Source of the DNA: Alcanivorax sp.
GTDB taxonomy: Bacteria; Pseudomonadota; Gammaproteobacteria; Pseudomonadales; Alcanivoracaceae
NCBI GenBank assembly: GCA_036276955.1
Contig: DASUNW010000063.1
Coordinates: 202-64,201 of the forward strand
DNA: 64,000 nucleotides
Direction of reading: 5' to 3'
Under the pieces are notes generated by a model that saw nothing but the letters and a program-made list of their open reading frames with translations, made no database searches and was not told where the DNA came from. This document shows positions 31,038-40,720 of the stretch, one piece after another. Position numbers and translations under genes: made by a program. Position 1 is the first letter of the stretch. Every line of letters starts with the position of its first letter.

Positions 31038-32548
31038 CAGTCTTCCTTGGTGACGCGCAGTACTTCTTCAATACTGGTATCGCCGGCCAGCACCTTGCGC
31101 CAGCCGTCCTCGCGGATGCTCGGTGTGAGCTTGCGGGCGTGACGCGTGATCTCCAACTCCCCGGCGCGCTCGTGAATCAGCTCGCGCATGGCGTCGTCGA
31201 TGATGACCAGTTCGTAAATACCGGTACGGCCCCGGTAGCCTTGGTTGTTGCAGCTCTCGCAGCCTTCCGGGTGATAGAGGGTCACATCCTGGTCCGGGGC
31301 CAGCCCGAGCATGCGCCGCTCACTTTCACTGGGCCGGTAGGGCCGTTTGCAGTCCGGGCACAGCACCCGCACCAGGCGCTGGGCCAAGGCCCCGAGCAGG
31401 GAGCTGGAAAGCAGGAACGACTCAATGCCCATGTCCTGCAACCGGGTCACCGCGCCCACCGCCGTGTTGGTGTGCAGCGTGGAGAGCACCAGATGGCCGG
31501 TAAGGGACGCCTGCACCGCGATTTCGGCGGTTTCCAGGTCGCGGATCTCACCCACCATCACCACGTCCGGGTCCTGACGGAGAATGGCGCGCAGCCCCCG
31601 GGCGAAGGTCATGTCCACCTTGGTGTTGACCTGGGTCTGGCCGATACCTTCCAACTGATATTCAATCGGGTCCTCCACGGTGAGAATATTACGGGTGCTG
31701 TCGTTGAGCTCGGTGAGCGAGGCGTACAAGGTGGTAGTCTTACCGGAACCGGTGGGGCCGGTGACCAGAATGATGCCGTGCGGTTTGTGGATCAGCTCGC
31801 GCATGTGGCTGTCGCAGACGTCGCCCATGCCCAGGTGCGACACCTGCAGCCGGCCGGCCTGCTTGTCGAGCAGACGCAGCACCACCCGCTCGCCGTTGCT
31901 GGACGGCATGGTCGAGACCCGCACGTCCACGTCGCGGCCGCCCAGGCGCAGGGAAATACGCCCGTCCTGGGGGATACGTTTCTCGGCGATATCCAGGCGC
32001 GCCATGACCTTGATACGCGACACCAGCAGCGGCGCCAGCTCGCGCTTGGGGGTGAGCACTTCACGGAGCACCCCGTCCACCCGCATGCGCACCACCAGGC
32101 GGCGCTCGAAGGTTTCGATATGAATGTCCGAGGCGTCCTCGCGGATTGCCTCCTGGAACAGGGCGTTGATCAGCCGGATGATGGGGGCGTCGTCTTCCTG
32201 TTCCAGCAGGTCCGAGGTTTCCGGCAGGGAGTCCGCCAGGCTGGCCAGATCCAGGCCTTCGAGGTTATCGGCGGCCTCGGCGGCGGCGCCGCGCTGCTGT
32301 TCGTAGGTGATCGCCATGGCGGCGCTGAAGGCGCCGTCATCAAGGCGCACGATGGCGGGCAACCCGCCCAGCCAGCGCTGCACCTCGGCCACCGCCGACA
32401 GCGACACGTCGTCGCGGCAACACAGTTCCCGCCGGCCGTCTTTCTCCCTCAGCAACACACCGAACCGGCGGGCATAGCCGTAGGGCAACAGCAGCGGGCC
32501 GTCGCCCACTTCCGGCAGCTCGGACTGCTCCATGACTGCTTCACTCAT
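31037..32548 (-). CDS. gspE: T2SS ATPase E
   Basis: [22 protein letters not shown], CxxC...CxxC. Confidence 0.96.
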   Translation of the reverse strand: MSEAVMEQSELPEVGDGPLLLPYGYARRFGVLLREKDGRRELCCRDDVSLSAVAEVQRWLGGLPAIVRLDDGAFSAAMAITYEQQRGAAAEAADNLEGLDLASLADSLPETSDLLEQEDDAPIIRLINALFQEAIREDASDIHIETFERRLVVRMRVDGVLREVLTPKRELAPLLVSRIKVMARLDIAEKRIPQDGRISLRLGGRDVDVRVSTMPSSNGERVVLRLLDKQAGRLQVSHLGMGDVCDSHMRELIHKPHGIILVTGPTGSGKTTTLYASLTELNDSTRNILTVEDPIEYQLEGIGQTQVNTKVDMTFARGLRAILRQDPDVVMVGEIRDLETAEIAVQASLTGHLVLSTLHTNTAVGAVTRLQDMGIESFLLSSSLLGALAQRLVRVLCPDCKRPYRPSESERRMLGLAPDQDVTLYHPEGCESCNNQGYRGRTGIYELVIIDDAMRELIHERAGELEITRHARKLTPSIREDGWRKVLAGDTSIEEVLRVTKED

Positions 32549-32552
32549 ACGC

Positions 32553-33671
32553 TCAGTACCTTTCCATAAGTATTTCCACGATCTCGCCGTTGCTGTCGGA
32601 AAGATCCAGGAACTGAAAACCGGCGTGGTATTCCCCCGGTTCGTCCAGTGCCTCGCTCCACACCACCCTGGCGTTGAAGCTCATGGTGTTGACGCCGCCA
32701 ATCTGATCCGGAAGCACCATTCCCAATTGTAATTGTTCGCTGGGCGCCACATCCCGCCGCAGCGACAGCTTGAAGCCGCCGACGCTGAGATTGGTCAGCC
32801 GACCCACGTTACCACCGGTGCTGCGATCAAACACCACCAGCTCATGGAACATGCGCTTGCGCGGGTGGCGGCGGCGTTCGCGGCGGTCGTCACCGGCGGC
32901 GTCCGGGTCGCGCGGGCGCAGCATGAACACCACCCCGGTGAACTCACCGCTCTCGCGCAGTACCGGATTGGCGTGCACCCGCAACGGCACCGGCTCGCTG
33001 TCGCCCCGTGGACGCACATCAACGTCGTCCTCCCAGTGTCGCCCCTCGGCACAACGGGCAAGCACCGGCGAATCCGGCCACTCGCCGTGCCCGAACAGCA
33101 GCGGCGTCACCGGCGTGCCGAGCAGCGCATCGCGCTCCACGTTCAACAGGGCGCCGGCGGATTCGTTGCAGAACGTCACCAGGCCATTGGCGTCGGCCCC
33201 CACCACCGACTCGCCGAGCGCGTGCAGCAGCCGCTCGTTCTCGTCCTTGAGGCGCTTCATCTGGACCACCGCCTGCTGCAACTTGCGCCGCTGACGGTCG
33301 AGCTCCATAAAGACATTGACCTTGGCATCGAGAATCTGTTCATCGACCGGCTTGAACAGGTAATCGACGGCGCCGTGGCGGTAGCCCTCGAACACGTACC
33401 TCTGTTCCTTGGAAATGGCGGTAACGAAAATAATCGGAATGTGGCGGGTCTTGCGGTTCTGGCGCATCAACTGCGCCACTTCGAAGCCGTCCATCTCCGG
33501 CATCTGCACGTCGAGGAGTACCAGCGCGAAATCATGCTTGAGCGCCAATGCCAGGGCGTCGTTGCCGGATTCGGCCATGACCAGATTGCGGTCCTCGCCT
33601 TCCAGCAACGCCTCCATGGCGATCAGGTTCTCCCGGTGATCATCGACGACCAGGATATTCTGTTTTTTCAT
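32553..33671 (-). CDS. response regulator REC-coiled coil-PAS-PilZ
   Basis: REC (DD, DVQMP, T, KP); PAS (G.VTFCN.SA..LL); PilZ RRHPR and NLSVGG. Start is 33671 or 33683. Confidence 0.85.
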   Translation of the reverse strand: MKKQNILVVDDHRENLIAMEALLEGEDRNLVMAESGNDALALALKHDFALVLLDVQMPEMDGFEVAQLMRQNRKTRHIPIIFVTAISKEQRYVFEGYRHGAVDYLFKPVDEQILDAKVNVFMELDRQRRKLQQAVVQMKRLKDENERLLHALGESVVGADANGLVTFCNESAGALLNVERDALLGTPVTPLLFGHGEWPDSPVLARCAEGRHWEDDVDVRPRGDSEPVPLRVHANPVLRESGEFTGVVFMLRPRDPDAAGDDRRERRRHPRKRMFHELVVFDRSTGGNVGRLTNLSVGGFKLSLRRDVAPSEQLQLGMVLPDQIGGVNTMSFNARVVWSEALDEPGEYHAGFQFLDLSDSNGEIVEILMERY

Positions 33672-34254
33672 CTCGCAACCCAATCAAGAATTCCGCCAGA
33701 TACGGGCCGATGCGTTCCAGATCCAGTACTTCCCGCACCGATCCCTTTGTTATTGCCGCTTCCGGCATGACCGGAGCCTCGCTGCTCTGCGGCGACTGAG
33801 CCAGGGTCAGCCCGCCGCGGCGGCGAATATAGTCCAGACCCTCGGAGCCGTCTTCGTTGGCGCCGGTGAGGATCACCCCGATCACTCTTTTGCCATAGAC
33901 GTGGCCCGCCGAAAAGAACAACTCATCAATCGACGGCCGCGAAAAATGCACCGGCCGATACATCGACAGGGCAATGGTCTCATCCGTTTCCACCAGCATA
34001 TGGTAACCGGGCGGCGCCACATAGACGTGCCCGGGGCGGATACGCTCTTTATCTTCCGGTGCCACCACCGGCAGCCGACTGTAGCGGGCCAGCAGCCAGG
34101 CCAGCCTGTTCTCGGCGCTGGCGTTCTGGTGCTGGACCAACATGATGGCCGCGGGGAAGCCTTCAGGCAAGCTGGCGAGCACCGAGGAGTAGGCGTTCAA
34201 GCCACCCCAGGACGCCCCCATCACGACCGCTTTAACGGGCGCCGCACCGGGCAC
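33640..34254 (-). CDS. cheB: stand-alone CheB methylesterase domain
   Basis: GASWGG (Ser), VQH (His), RPSID, LTGANEDG (Asp); no REC domain. Confidence 0.9.
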   Translation of the reverse strand: MPGAAPVKAVVMGASWGGLNAYSSVLASLPEGFPAAIMLVQHQNASAENRLAWLLARYSRLPVVAPEDKERIRPGHVYVAPPGYHMLVETDETIALSMYRPVHFSRPSIDELFFSAGHVYGKRVIGVILTGANEDGSEGLDYIRRRGGLTLAQSPQSSEAPVMPEAAITKGSVREVLDLERIGPYLAEFLIGLRDEKTEYPGRR

Positions 34255-34725
34255 TTACTCCCCCTGGCCGCGGTTACGCTTTTCCGCCTCGTAGGCGGCG
34301 CGGTGCGCCTGGGCTTCCTTGAGTTTCACCTGAAGCTCGCGGCGCTGCCGGTCCAGCTCCAGAAAGAAATTCACTTTGCTCTTGAGGATCAAGGGGTCGA
34401 GCGGCTTGAACAGGTAGTCCACCGCGCCCGCCTGGTAGCCCTTGAACACATACTTCTTCTCTTTGCTGATCGCCGTGACGAAGATAATCGGGATGGTTTG
34501 GGTGTCCTTGCGCTGGCGCATCAATTCCGCCACCTCGAAACCGTCCATGCCCGGCATTTGCACATCCAGAAGCACCAGGGAAACATCTTCCTTGAGCAGA
34601 ATTTTTAGCGCTTCCTGGCCGGATTCGGCCTTCAACAGCGTGCGCCCCTCATCTTCCAGAATCGCTTCCAGGGAGACCAGGTTGGCGGGTTGATCATCAA
34701 CCAACAGCAGTTTCTGCTCGATCAT
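34255..34725 (-). CDS. single-domain response regulator with coiled-coil tail
   Basis: LVDD, DVQMP, FVTA, FKP. Confidence 0.9.
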   Translation of the reverse strand: MIEQKLLLVDDQPANLVSLEAILEDEGRTLLKAESGQEALKILLKEDVSLVLLDVQMPGMDGFEVAELMRQRKDTQTIPIIFVTAISKEKKYVFKGYQAGAVDYLFKPLDPLILKSKVNFFLELDRQRRELQVKLKEAQAHRAAYEAEKRNRGQGE

Positions 34726-34750
34726 GATTATTCTCGATTAAGCGTGTTTG

Positions 34751-35623
34751 TTAGGCGTTAGGACGCAATTGTCTTTTTCGAAAGATCCGCAGCGACCGGT
34801 TGACCACGTCGAACGCCTCTTCGTTGCCGCTGAAGCGCAGGCTTTCCTTGGTGCCCAGGCACAGGAAGCCACCCATATCCAGGCTTTCACCGAACAGCTT
34901 GAACACGCGCTGCTGCAGGGGGCGATCGAAGTAAATCAGAACGTTGCGGCAGAGTATCACATGCATTTCGCCGAACACCTGGTCGGTGGCCAGATCGTGG
35001 TCGGCGAACACGATATTGCGCTTGAGGCGCTGCTCCATGATGACGCTGTCGTAGCGGGCGGTGGCGTAGTCGCTCAGGGACTGGCGGCCACCGGCGCGAC
35101 GGTAGTTATCCGTGTATTGCTTGAAGGCATGGATCGGGTAGATGCCCTTCTTCGCCGCCGCCAGTACGTTCTTGTCGATGTCCGTGGCGTACAGCATGGC
35201 GCGCTCGTAGAGCCCTTCTTCTTCAAGAAGAATGGCCATCGAGTAAATCTCTTCCCCGGTGGCGCAACCGGCGTGCCAGATCTTGATGAACGGAAAGGTC
35301 TTGAGCACCGGCACCACCTCCTCGCGAAACGCCTTGTAGAACTCCGGATCGCGGAACATCTCGGTGACGTTGACGGTGAGGTCGTTGAGCAGGGTGACGA
35401 AGAACTGCCGGTCGCGCAGCACCCGGTCGGTCATTTCCAGAATGGTGGAAAACCCGGACATGGTGAGCCGGTGCATAATGCGCCGGCGCATGGATGCCGG
35501 GCTGTAGGAGCGGAAATCATAGCCGTAGAGCTGATAAATCGCCTCCAGAAGCAGGCGGATTTCAATGTCCTCTACCTGCACCTGTTCGTCGCTGATTGCC
35601 GGCTGCGATTCCACTTCAGGCAC
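34751..35623 (-). CDS. cheR: protein-glutamate O-methyltransferase
   Basis: YGYDF, TEMFRD, WHAGCATGEE.YS, ATDID, CRNVLIYF. Confidence 0.93.
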   Translation of the reverse strand: MPEVESQPAISDEQVQVEDIEIRLLLEAIYQLYGYDFRSYSPASMRRRIMHRLTMSGFSTILEMTDRVLRDRQFFVTLLNDLTVNVTEMFRDPEFYKAFREEVVPVLKTFPFIKIWHAGCATGEEIYSMAILLEEEGLYERAMLYATDIDKNVLAAAKKGIYPIHAFKQYTDNYRRAGGRQSLSDYATARYDSVIMEQRLKRNIVFADHDLATDQVFGEMHVILCRNVLIYFDRPLQQRVFKLFGESLDMGGFLCLGTKESLRFSGNEEAFDVVNRSLRIFRKRQLRPNA

Positions 35624-35625
35624 TC

Positions 35626-38600
35626 CTATTTATGCAGCCAGACCCGCATCAGCGAGGTCAGCTTGCTCATGTCGATGGGTTTGGAGCAGTAGTCGTTGGC
35701 GCCGGCGTCCAGGCACTTGGCGCGGTCGTCCTTCATCGCCTTGGCGGTCAGGGCCAGCACCGGCAAGGTGGCGAAGCGCGCCTGGCCACGGATATGCGTC
35801 ATCGCTTCGTAGCCGTCCATTTCCGGCATCATGATGTCCATCAGCACGATGTCGAAATCCGGGCTCTCGTCCAGCGCTTCCAGGGCCTCGCGGCCGTTGT
35901 TGGCGAGATGGATATCGAAACCCAGCTCCTCCAACTGCGCGGACAGCGCGTAGATATTGCGCATGTCGTCGTCCACCAGCAGCAGCTTCTTGCCTTCGAA
36001 AATATCGTCGCGGTGTTCGATCAATTCCGGATTACCGCGCCGATGGGCTGGCAAGGTGGACTCCAACCAATGCAGGAACAGCGAGGCCTCGTTGAGCAGC
36101 CGTTCGTGGGACCGTTCCGTTTTCAGAATGATGCGGTCGGCGTACTTGCGCAGCCGCGCCTCTTCGTCGCGGGTCAGGTCCTTGCCGGTGTAAATCACCA
36201 CCGGCACGGCCTCGTAGTCGTCGTTGCCGTGCAGGCGCTCGAGCAGCTCGAAGCCGCTCATGTCCGGCAGCGTCAGATCCAGAATCATGCAGTCGTAGAC
36301 GGTCTCGCCGAGGGCTTTCAGCGCCGCTTCGCCGCTGGTCACCGCGGTGATCTGAACGCCCTTCTGGTCGAACAGCTCGCGAATGCTTTCATGCTGAATC
36401 GCGCTGTCTTCCACCACCAGCAGGCGCCGCACATTGGTCTCGATGGCGGTTTCGATCTTGGCGAAAGCGCTGAGCATCTGGTCCTGGCTGACCGGTTTGG
36501 CGAGAAAGTCGATGGCGCCCAGGTCGAGCGCCTTCTTGCGCTCGTCCTTGCCGGACAGAAAGTGCACCGGGATGTCCTGGGTGCGCGCGTCCGCCTTGAG
36601 CTTTTCCATCACTTCCCAGCCGTCGATGCCGGGCAGGCCGATATCCAGGATAATGGCGCTGGGCCGGTAGCGGCGCGCGTACTCCAAACCGCTCTCGCCG
36701 TCGTGACAGATATGGCTTTCCAGGCCGTAATCCGCCGCCAGGTCCACCAGCACATTGGCGAACTCGCCGTCGTCCTCCACCACCAGCACGGTCTTTTCCC
36801 GTACCACGTAGCCGTCGTCGCCCTCGTTGAGCGGCAGATTGGCGGCGGTGTGCGCTTCGGCGTTGGCGCCGATGTCCACCGGTTCCGGGGTCGCCGGCCG
36901 CTCGCCGTCTTCTGTCTGCGCGCCCTGCTCCGCGTAGCCTTCGGGCAGGTAGAGCATGAAGGTGGCGCCGGTGCCCGGCCCGTCGCTGTGCAGGCTGATT
37001 TCACCGCCCAGCAAACGCGCCAGCTCCCGCGAGATGGTCAGGCCCAGGCCGGTACCGCCGTATTTGCGGCTGGTGGTGCCGTCGGCCTGCTGGAACGCCT
37101 CGAAGATCAGCTTCTGTTTGTCCTCCGGAATGCCCACCCCGGTGTCCCGGACCGCGAACTTAACCGTGCTGGCGCGATCCAGACGGCCGGGGATGCGCTC
37201 GTCCTCGCCGGGACGTTCGATGCTCAGAGTCACGGAGCCGTCGTCGGTGAATTTGAGCGCGTTGGACAGCAGATTTTTCAAAATCTGCTCCAGGCGCTGC
37301 CGGTCGGTGTAGACGTTCTCCGGCAGCCCGGCGCCCTGCTCCACGTGGAAGGCCACGTTGCGGTTCTCGGCGATATGGCTGAAGTGGCGGCGGAAATGGT
37401 CGCACAGTTCCGGCGGCGCGATGGCGTCCACCATGACGTCCATCTTGCCTTCCTCGATCTTGGAGATGTCGAGGATGTCATTGATCAGCGACAGCAGATC
37501 GGCGCCGGCGGAATGGATCACCTGGGCGTGTTCCACCTGCTTGTCGTTGAGGTTGCCCTTCTTGTTCTGGCCCAGGGCATTGGACAGAATCAGAATCGAG
37601 TTAAGCGGCGTGCGCAGCTCGTGGGACATGGTGGACAGGAACTCGGACTTGTACTTGGAGGACAGCTCCAATTCCTTAATCTTGTCTTCCAGCTCCTGGT
37701 GCAGCAGCTCCAGCTCTTTGTTTTTCTGGCCCATTTCCGCTTTCTGCTCGCCAAGCACCTTGGCCTGGGCTTCCAGTTCCTCGTTGGTGACGCGCAGTTC
37801 TTCCTGCTGGGCCTGCAGGGATTCCTCCGACGCACGAAGGGCCTGGGTCTGCGACTCCAACTCTTCGTTGATCGCTTTCAGCTCTTCCTGCTGTTGCTGG
37901 AGGCGCGATTCGGAGGCGGACAGCTCCATGGCCTGCTCTTCCAGGTCCTGATTGACCTGGGCCATCTCTTCTTTCTGCGCTTCCAGCGCGCGCGCCTGCT
38001 GCTGGGTCTGCTCCAGCATGCCGGCCAGCCGCAGCCGGTTCTGGGCGCTGTGCAGGGCCACGCCAATCAGGGCGGCACCCTGCTCCAGGAAGGCGGTGTC
38101 GGAATCGGAAAACGACTGAAAGGCGCCCACTTCCAGCACGCCTTTCAATTCATCGTCGTGAAGAATCGGCAGCACCATGACGTTGCGCGGTGCCGCGTTG
38201 CCGGTGCCGGAGCCCACCAGCATGTACTCCTCGGGCACCTGCTCGAGAATAATGGTTTTCTTTTCCAGCGCGCTCTGCCCGACCAGGGATTCGCCCAGAC
38301 GGAATTCGTTGGCCAGCTGCTTGCGCCGCTGCATGGCGTAGGCGCTGGAAAGGCGCAGTGTTTCGCTGTCGGTGTCGAAGGTATAGAAGGCGCCGACCTG
38401 AGCTTCCAGGGTGGGCACCACATAGGAGAGAAGATTGTTGCCCAGCTGTTCGATGCTCAGATCACCGCGCATCAAGGCGTTGAGTTCGGACAGCTGGTTT
38501 TTCAGCTGCTCCTGACGCCGGTCCTCGTCGGTGCGCGCTTTCAGGGTGTCGCGCATTTTGCGGATGGCGCGGATCAGGTGGCCGGTTTCGTCACGGCTGT

Positions 38601-39306
38601 CGCTGCGGATCTCGGTGTCCCAGTTGCCGCTGGCGATGCTGTCTGCGGCGCCCATGGCGTCTTCCAGGGGGCGCGTAATGGAACGGGTGACCCGCAACGC
38701 GATAAGGCCAAGCAAGGTGAACGCCACGCTGCCCAGGGCCAGGCCGATAAGCTGAGTGCTTTTATTGTCCTCACGACTGGCGTTGAGGTTGTCGCGGAAG
38801 CTTTGGTACCGCTGCTGCTCGAAGGCGCGGTGTTCGTCGGCGTACTGCGCTTCCAGTTGCTGCATCTCGGTGAGCGCTTCATAGCTGCCGACCTGGGACC
38901 CGGGGTCCTCGATCAGCGCGGCGGCGGTGCTGTTGGCGACCGTGATATAGGTGATGAACGCGGAACGCAGGTCGTCCACCGGGCCGCTCAAGGCGGGATC
39001 GAGACGCTCGATGTCGCCGAGCCGCTCCAGGAAGCGGTCGGAGCGTTCGCGGGCCTCGTCGAGCAGGCTGGCGTCCATCTGGGTGATGGCGTCGCCGTAG
39101 GCGTCGCTGATCGCCAGGAACTCCACGTTATTGGCATTGACCAGCTCCAGCACCGGAAAGTCATGACTCTCCACCTGGCGCAGATGATCAATATTGGTTT
39201 CCGCGATGTAGTAGCTGTACAAGAAATAGGCGAGGAACAGAAAGATCCCCAGGCCCGCCACGGACAAAATCTTCAGCCGCACGGACAGATGCTGAAACCC
39301 AGTCAT
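35626..39306 (-). CDS. hybrid sensor kinase: 2TM periplasmic sensor-HAMP-GAF-coiled coil-HisKA-HATPase-3xREC
   Basis: SHELRTPLN, NLLSNALKFT, DTGVGI, GGTGLGL; three receivers (DIGLP, DLTLP, DIMMP). Confidence 0.92.
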   Translation of the reverse strand: MTGFQHLSVRLKILSVAGLGIFLFLAYFLYSYYIAETNIDHLRQVESHDFPVLELVNANNVEFLAISDAYGDAITQMDASLLDEARERSDRFLERLGDIERLDPALSGPVDDLRSAFITYITVANSTAAALIEDPGSQVGSYEALTEMQQLEAQYADEHRAFEQQRYQSFRDNLNASREDNKSTQLIGLALGSVAFTLLGLIALRVTRSITRPLEDAMGAADSIASGNWDTEIRSDSRDETGHLIRAIRKMRDTLKARTDEDRRQEQLKNQLSELNALMRGDLSIEQLGNNLLSYVVPTLEAQVGAFYTFDTDSETLRLSSAYAMQRRKQLANEFRLGESLVGQSALEKKTIILEQVPEEYMLVGSGTGNAAPRNVMVLPILHDDELKGVLEVGAFQSFSDSDTAFLEQGAALIGVALHSAQNRLRLAGMLEQTQQQARALEAQKEEMAQVNQDLEEQAMELSASESRLQQQQEELKAINEELESQTQALRASEESLQAQQEELRVTNEELEAQAKVLGEQKAEMGQKNKELELLHQELEDKIKELELSSKYKSEFLSTMSHELRTPLNSILILSNALGQNKKGNLNDKQVEHAQVIHSAGADLLSLINDILDISKIEEGKMDVMVDAIAPPELCDHFRRHFSHIAENRNVAFHVEQGAGLPENVYTDRQRLEQILKNLLSNALKFTDDGSVTLSIERPGEDERIPGRLDRASTVKFAVRDTGVGIPEDKQKLIFEAFQQADGTTSRKYGGTGLGLTISRELARLLGGEISLHSDGPGTGATFMLYLPEGYAEQGAQTEDGERPATPEPVDIGANAEAHTAANLPLNEGDDGYVVREKTVLVVEDDGEFANVLVDLAADYGLESHICHDGESGLEYARRYRPSAIILDIGLPGIDGWEVMEKLKADARTQDIPVHFLSGKDERKKALDLGAIDFLAKPVSQDQMLSAFAKIETAIETNVRRLLVVEDSAIQHESIRELFDQKGVQITAVTSGEAALKALGETVYDCMILDLTLPDMSGFELLERLHGNDDYEAVPVVIYTGKDLTRDEEARLRKYADRIILKTERSHERLLNEASLFLHWLESTLPAHRRGNPELIEHRDDIFEGKKLLLVDDDMRNIYALSAQLEELGFDIHLANNGREALEALDESPDFDIVLMDIMMPEMDGYEAMTHIRGQARFATLPVLALTAKAMKDDRAKCLDAGANDYCSKPIDMSKLTSLMRVWLHK

Positions 39307-39461
39307 TAACCGTTTCCCCCTGAATCCGAGGTTTGTTATGGCGTTATGCTATGGCCTCGGTATTCGTGCTTTCCCGCAGGATTAAGACTAAAGCATTAAA
39401 GTACCAGAAAGCGATTCAAGGCGGCAATAAAAGGCGACGATCAGGGGGAGAGAAAGGATGT

Positions 39462-39548
39462 TGGTGCGGGTAGCCGGACTCGAACCGGCACAGCCATAAG
39501 GCCGAGAGATTTTAAGTCTCTTGTGTCTACCAATTTCACCATACCCGC
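39462..39548 (-). tRNA. tRNA-Leu(TAA)
   Basis: 87 nt with long variable arm; AGAGA-CTTAAAA-TCTCT; CCA. Confidence 0.96.
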
Positions 39549-39589
39549 GGGGCATGCCGAACTTTACACAACAGATGCAGGCCTGGGAA

Positions 39590-39663
39590 TGGAGGCGCGG
39601 GTCGGAATCGAACCGGCGTATACGGAGTTGCAGTCCGCTGCATAACCACTCTGCCACCGCGCC
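39590..39663 (-). tRNA. tRNA-Cys(GCA)
   Basis: 74 nt; CGGA-CTGCAAC-TCCG; CCA. Confidence 0.96.
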
Positions 39664-39680
39664 GTTAAACCTGTACGAAC

Positions 39681-39706
39681 AAAAAACCCCGGCTTGGGCC
39701 GAGGTT
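39681..39706 (-). terminator. terminator-like hairpin between tRNA-Gly and tRNA-Cys
   Basis: Minus strand AACCTCGGC-CCAA-GCCGGGGTT-TTTT. Confidence 0.6.
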
Positions 39707-39713
39707 GGGAATC

Positions 39714-39767
39714 TGGAGCGGGAAATGGATTCGACCGGGCTGGCGTTCCAGCTCGCGACCCCAAACC
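39714..39767 (-). pseudogene. degenerate copy of the tRNA-Gly 3' half with an insertion
   Basis: TGGAGCGGGAAA, GATTCGA and CTCGCGACCCCAA match the tRNA-Gly 3' half starting at 39794; ~17-nt insert in the T-loop. Confidence 0.7.
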
Positions 39768-39793
39768 CCAACGTCGAGATTCACTTTGAAACC

Positions 39794-39869
39794 TGGAGCG
39801 GGAAACGAGATTCGAACTCGCGACCCCAACCTTGGCAAGGTTGTGCTCTACCAGCTGAGCTATTCCCGC
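39794..39869 (-). tRNA. tRNA-Gly(GCC)
   Basis: 76 nt; AACC-TTGCCAA-GGTT; CCA. Confidence 0.97.
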
Positions 39870-39908
39870 TTTTTTTCCAGCGCCGGGCTGACCCCGACGC
39901 GAAGCCGC

Positions 39909-39936
39909 ATTCTACCCGAGCGCGGGTCTCTGTCAA
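39909..39936 (-). promoter_or_regulatory. stable-RNA sigma70 promoter
   Basis: TTGACA-N16-TAGAAT followed by GC-rich discriminator GCGGC. Confidence 0.75.
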
Positions 39937-40010
39937 GACTGTTTTTGCTGCCGATTCAATATCTTGGACAAACTTTGCGCAGCCACGCCGGCCCCTTCAA
40001 AGTCGCCCGT

Positions 40011-40625
40011 TCAGGGGTCGTCCCGGTCGTTTCCCAGGCCGGTGAGCTGCGGCAACGCCGCGCGCAGATACGAGAACATGGACCACAGCGTCAGCGCCGT
40101 GGCCAGGTACAGACAGGCGTAACCCAGCCAAAGACCCGGGGTCATCAGAATGTCGCCGTCCACCCCGTGGGCGGGCTTGAGGGCCAGCAACAGGGTAATC
40201 GCCACCATTTGCATCACGGTTTTGATCTTGCCGATGGAACTCACCGCCACGCGGCCGCGCTGCCCCAGCTCCGCCATCCATTCGCGCAGCGCGGACACGG
40301 TGATTTCACGGGAGACGATCACCATGGCCGGCACCGCGAACCAGACGCTGGCGTGGGTTTGCACCAGCATCACCAGGGCCACCGCCACGATCAGCTTGTC
40401 CGCCACCGGGTCCAGAAAGGCACCGAACGGGCTGGTCTGTCCCAGGCGCCGGGCCAGATAGCCGTCCAGCCAGTCGGTGAGGCCGGCGGCCAGGAACAGT
40501 GCCGCGGCGAGCAAATCGCTCCACCCGAAAGGCAGGTAGAACACCGCCACCAGCACCGGGATGGTCGCCACCCGGATCAGCGTAAGAATGTTGGGCAAGT
40601 TGAGAATGGGAGCGTGCTTGGACAT
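40011..40625 (-). CDS. pgsA: phosphatidylglycerophosphate synthase
   Basis: NLPNILT, TDWLDGYLAR, GAFLDPVADK. Confidence 0.96.
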   Translation of the reverse strand: MSKHAPILNLPNILTLIRVATIPVLVAVFYLPFGWSDLLAAALFLAAGLTDWLDGYLARRLGQTSPFGAFLDPVADKLIVAVALVMLVQTHASVWFAVPAMVIVSREITVSALREWMAELGQRGRVAVSSIGKIKTVMQMVAITLLLALKPAHGVDGDILMTPGLWLGYACLYLATALTLWSMFSYLRAALPQLTGLGNDRDDP

Positions 40626-40720
40626 GGATAACTTCTATGCCGTCGGCGGAAAACGCGAGTATAACGGAAAGCGGCGCCGGCCTCATTGTTGATCCGCTCG
40701 CGTGAGCCGCATCTCGCCGG

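Noticed and set aside
33640-35623. Flagellar chemotaxis operon
   Set aside because: No cheA, cheW or MCP, and CheB has no receiver domain
35596-39309. 1237-aa plus-strand ORF, and similar long antisense ORFs over metH, gspE and ftsK
   Set aside because: Mirrors a well-supported gene on the other strand and has no recognisable motifs
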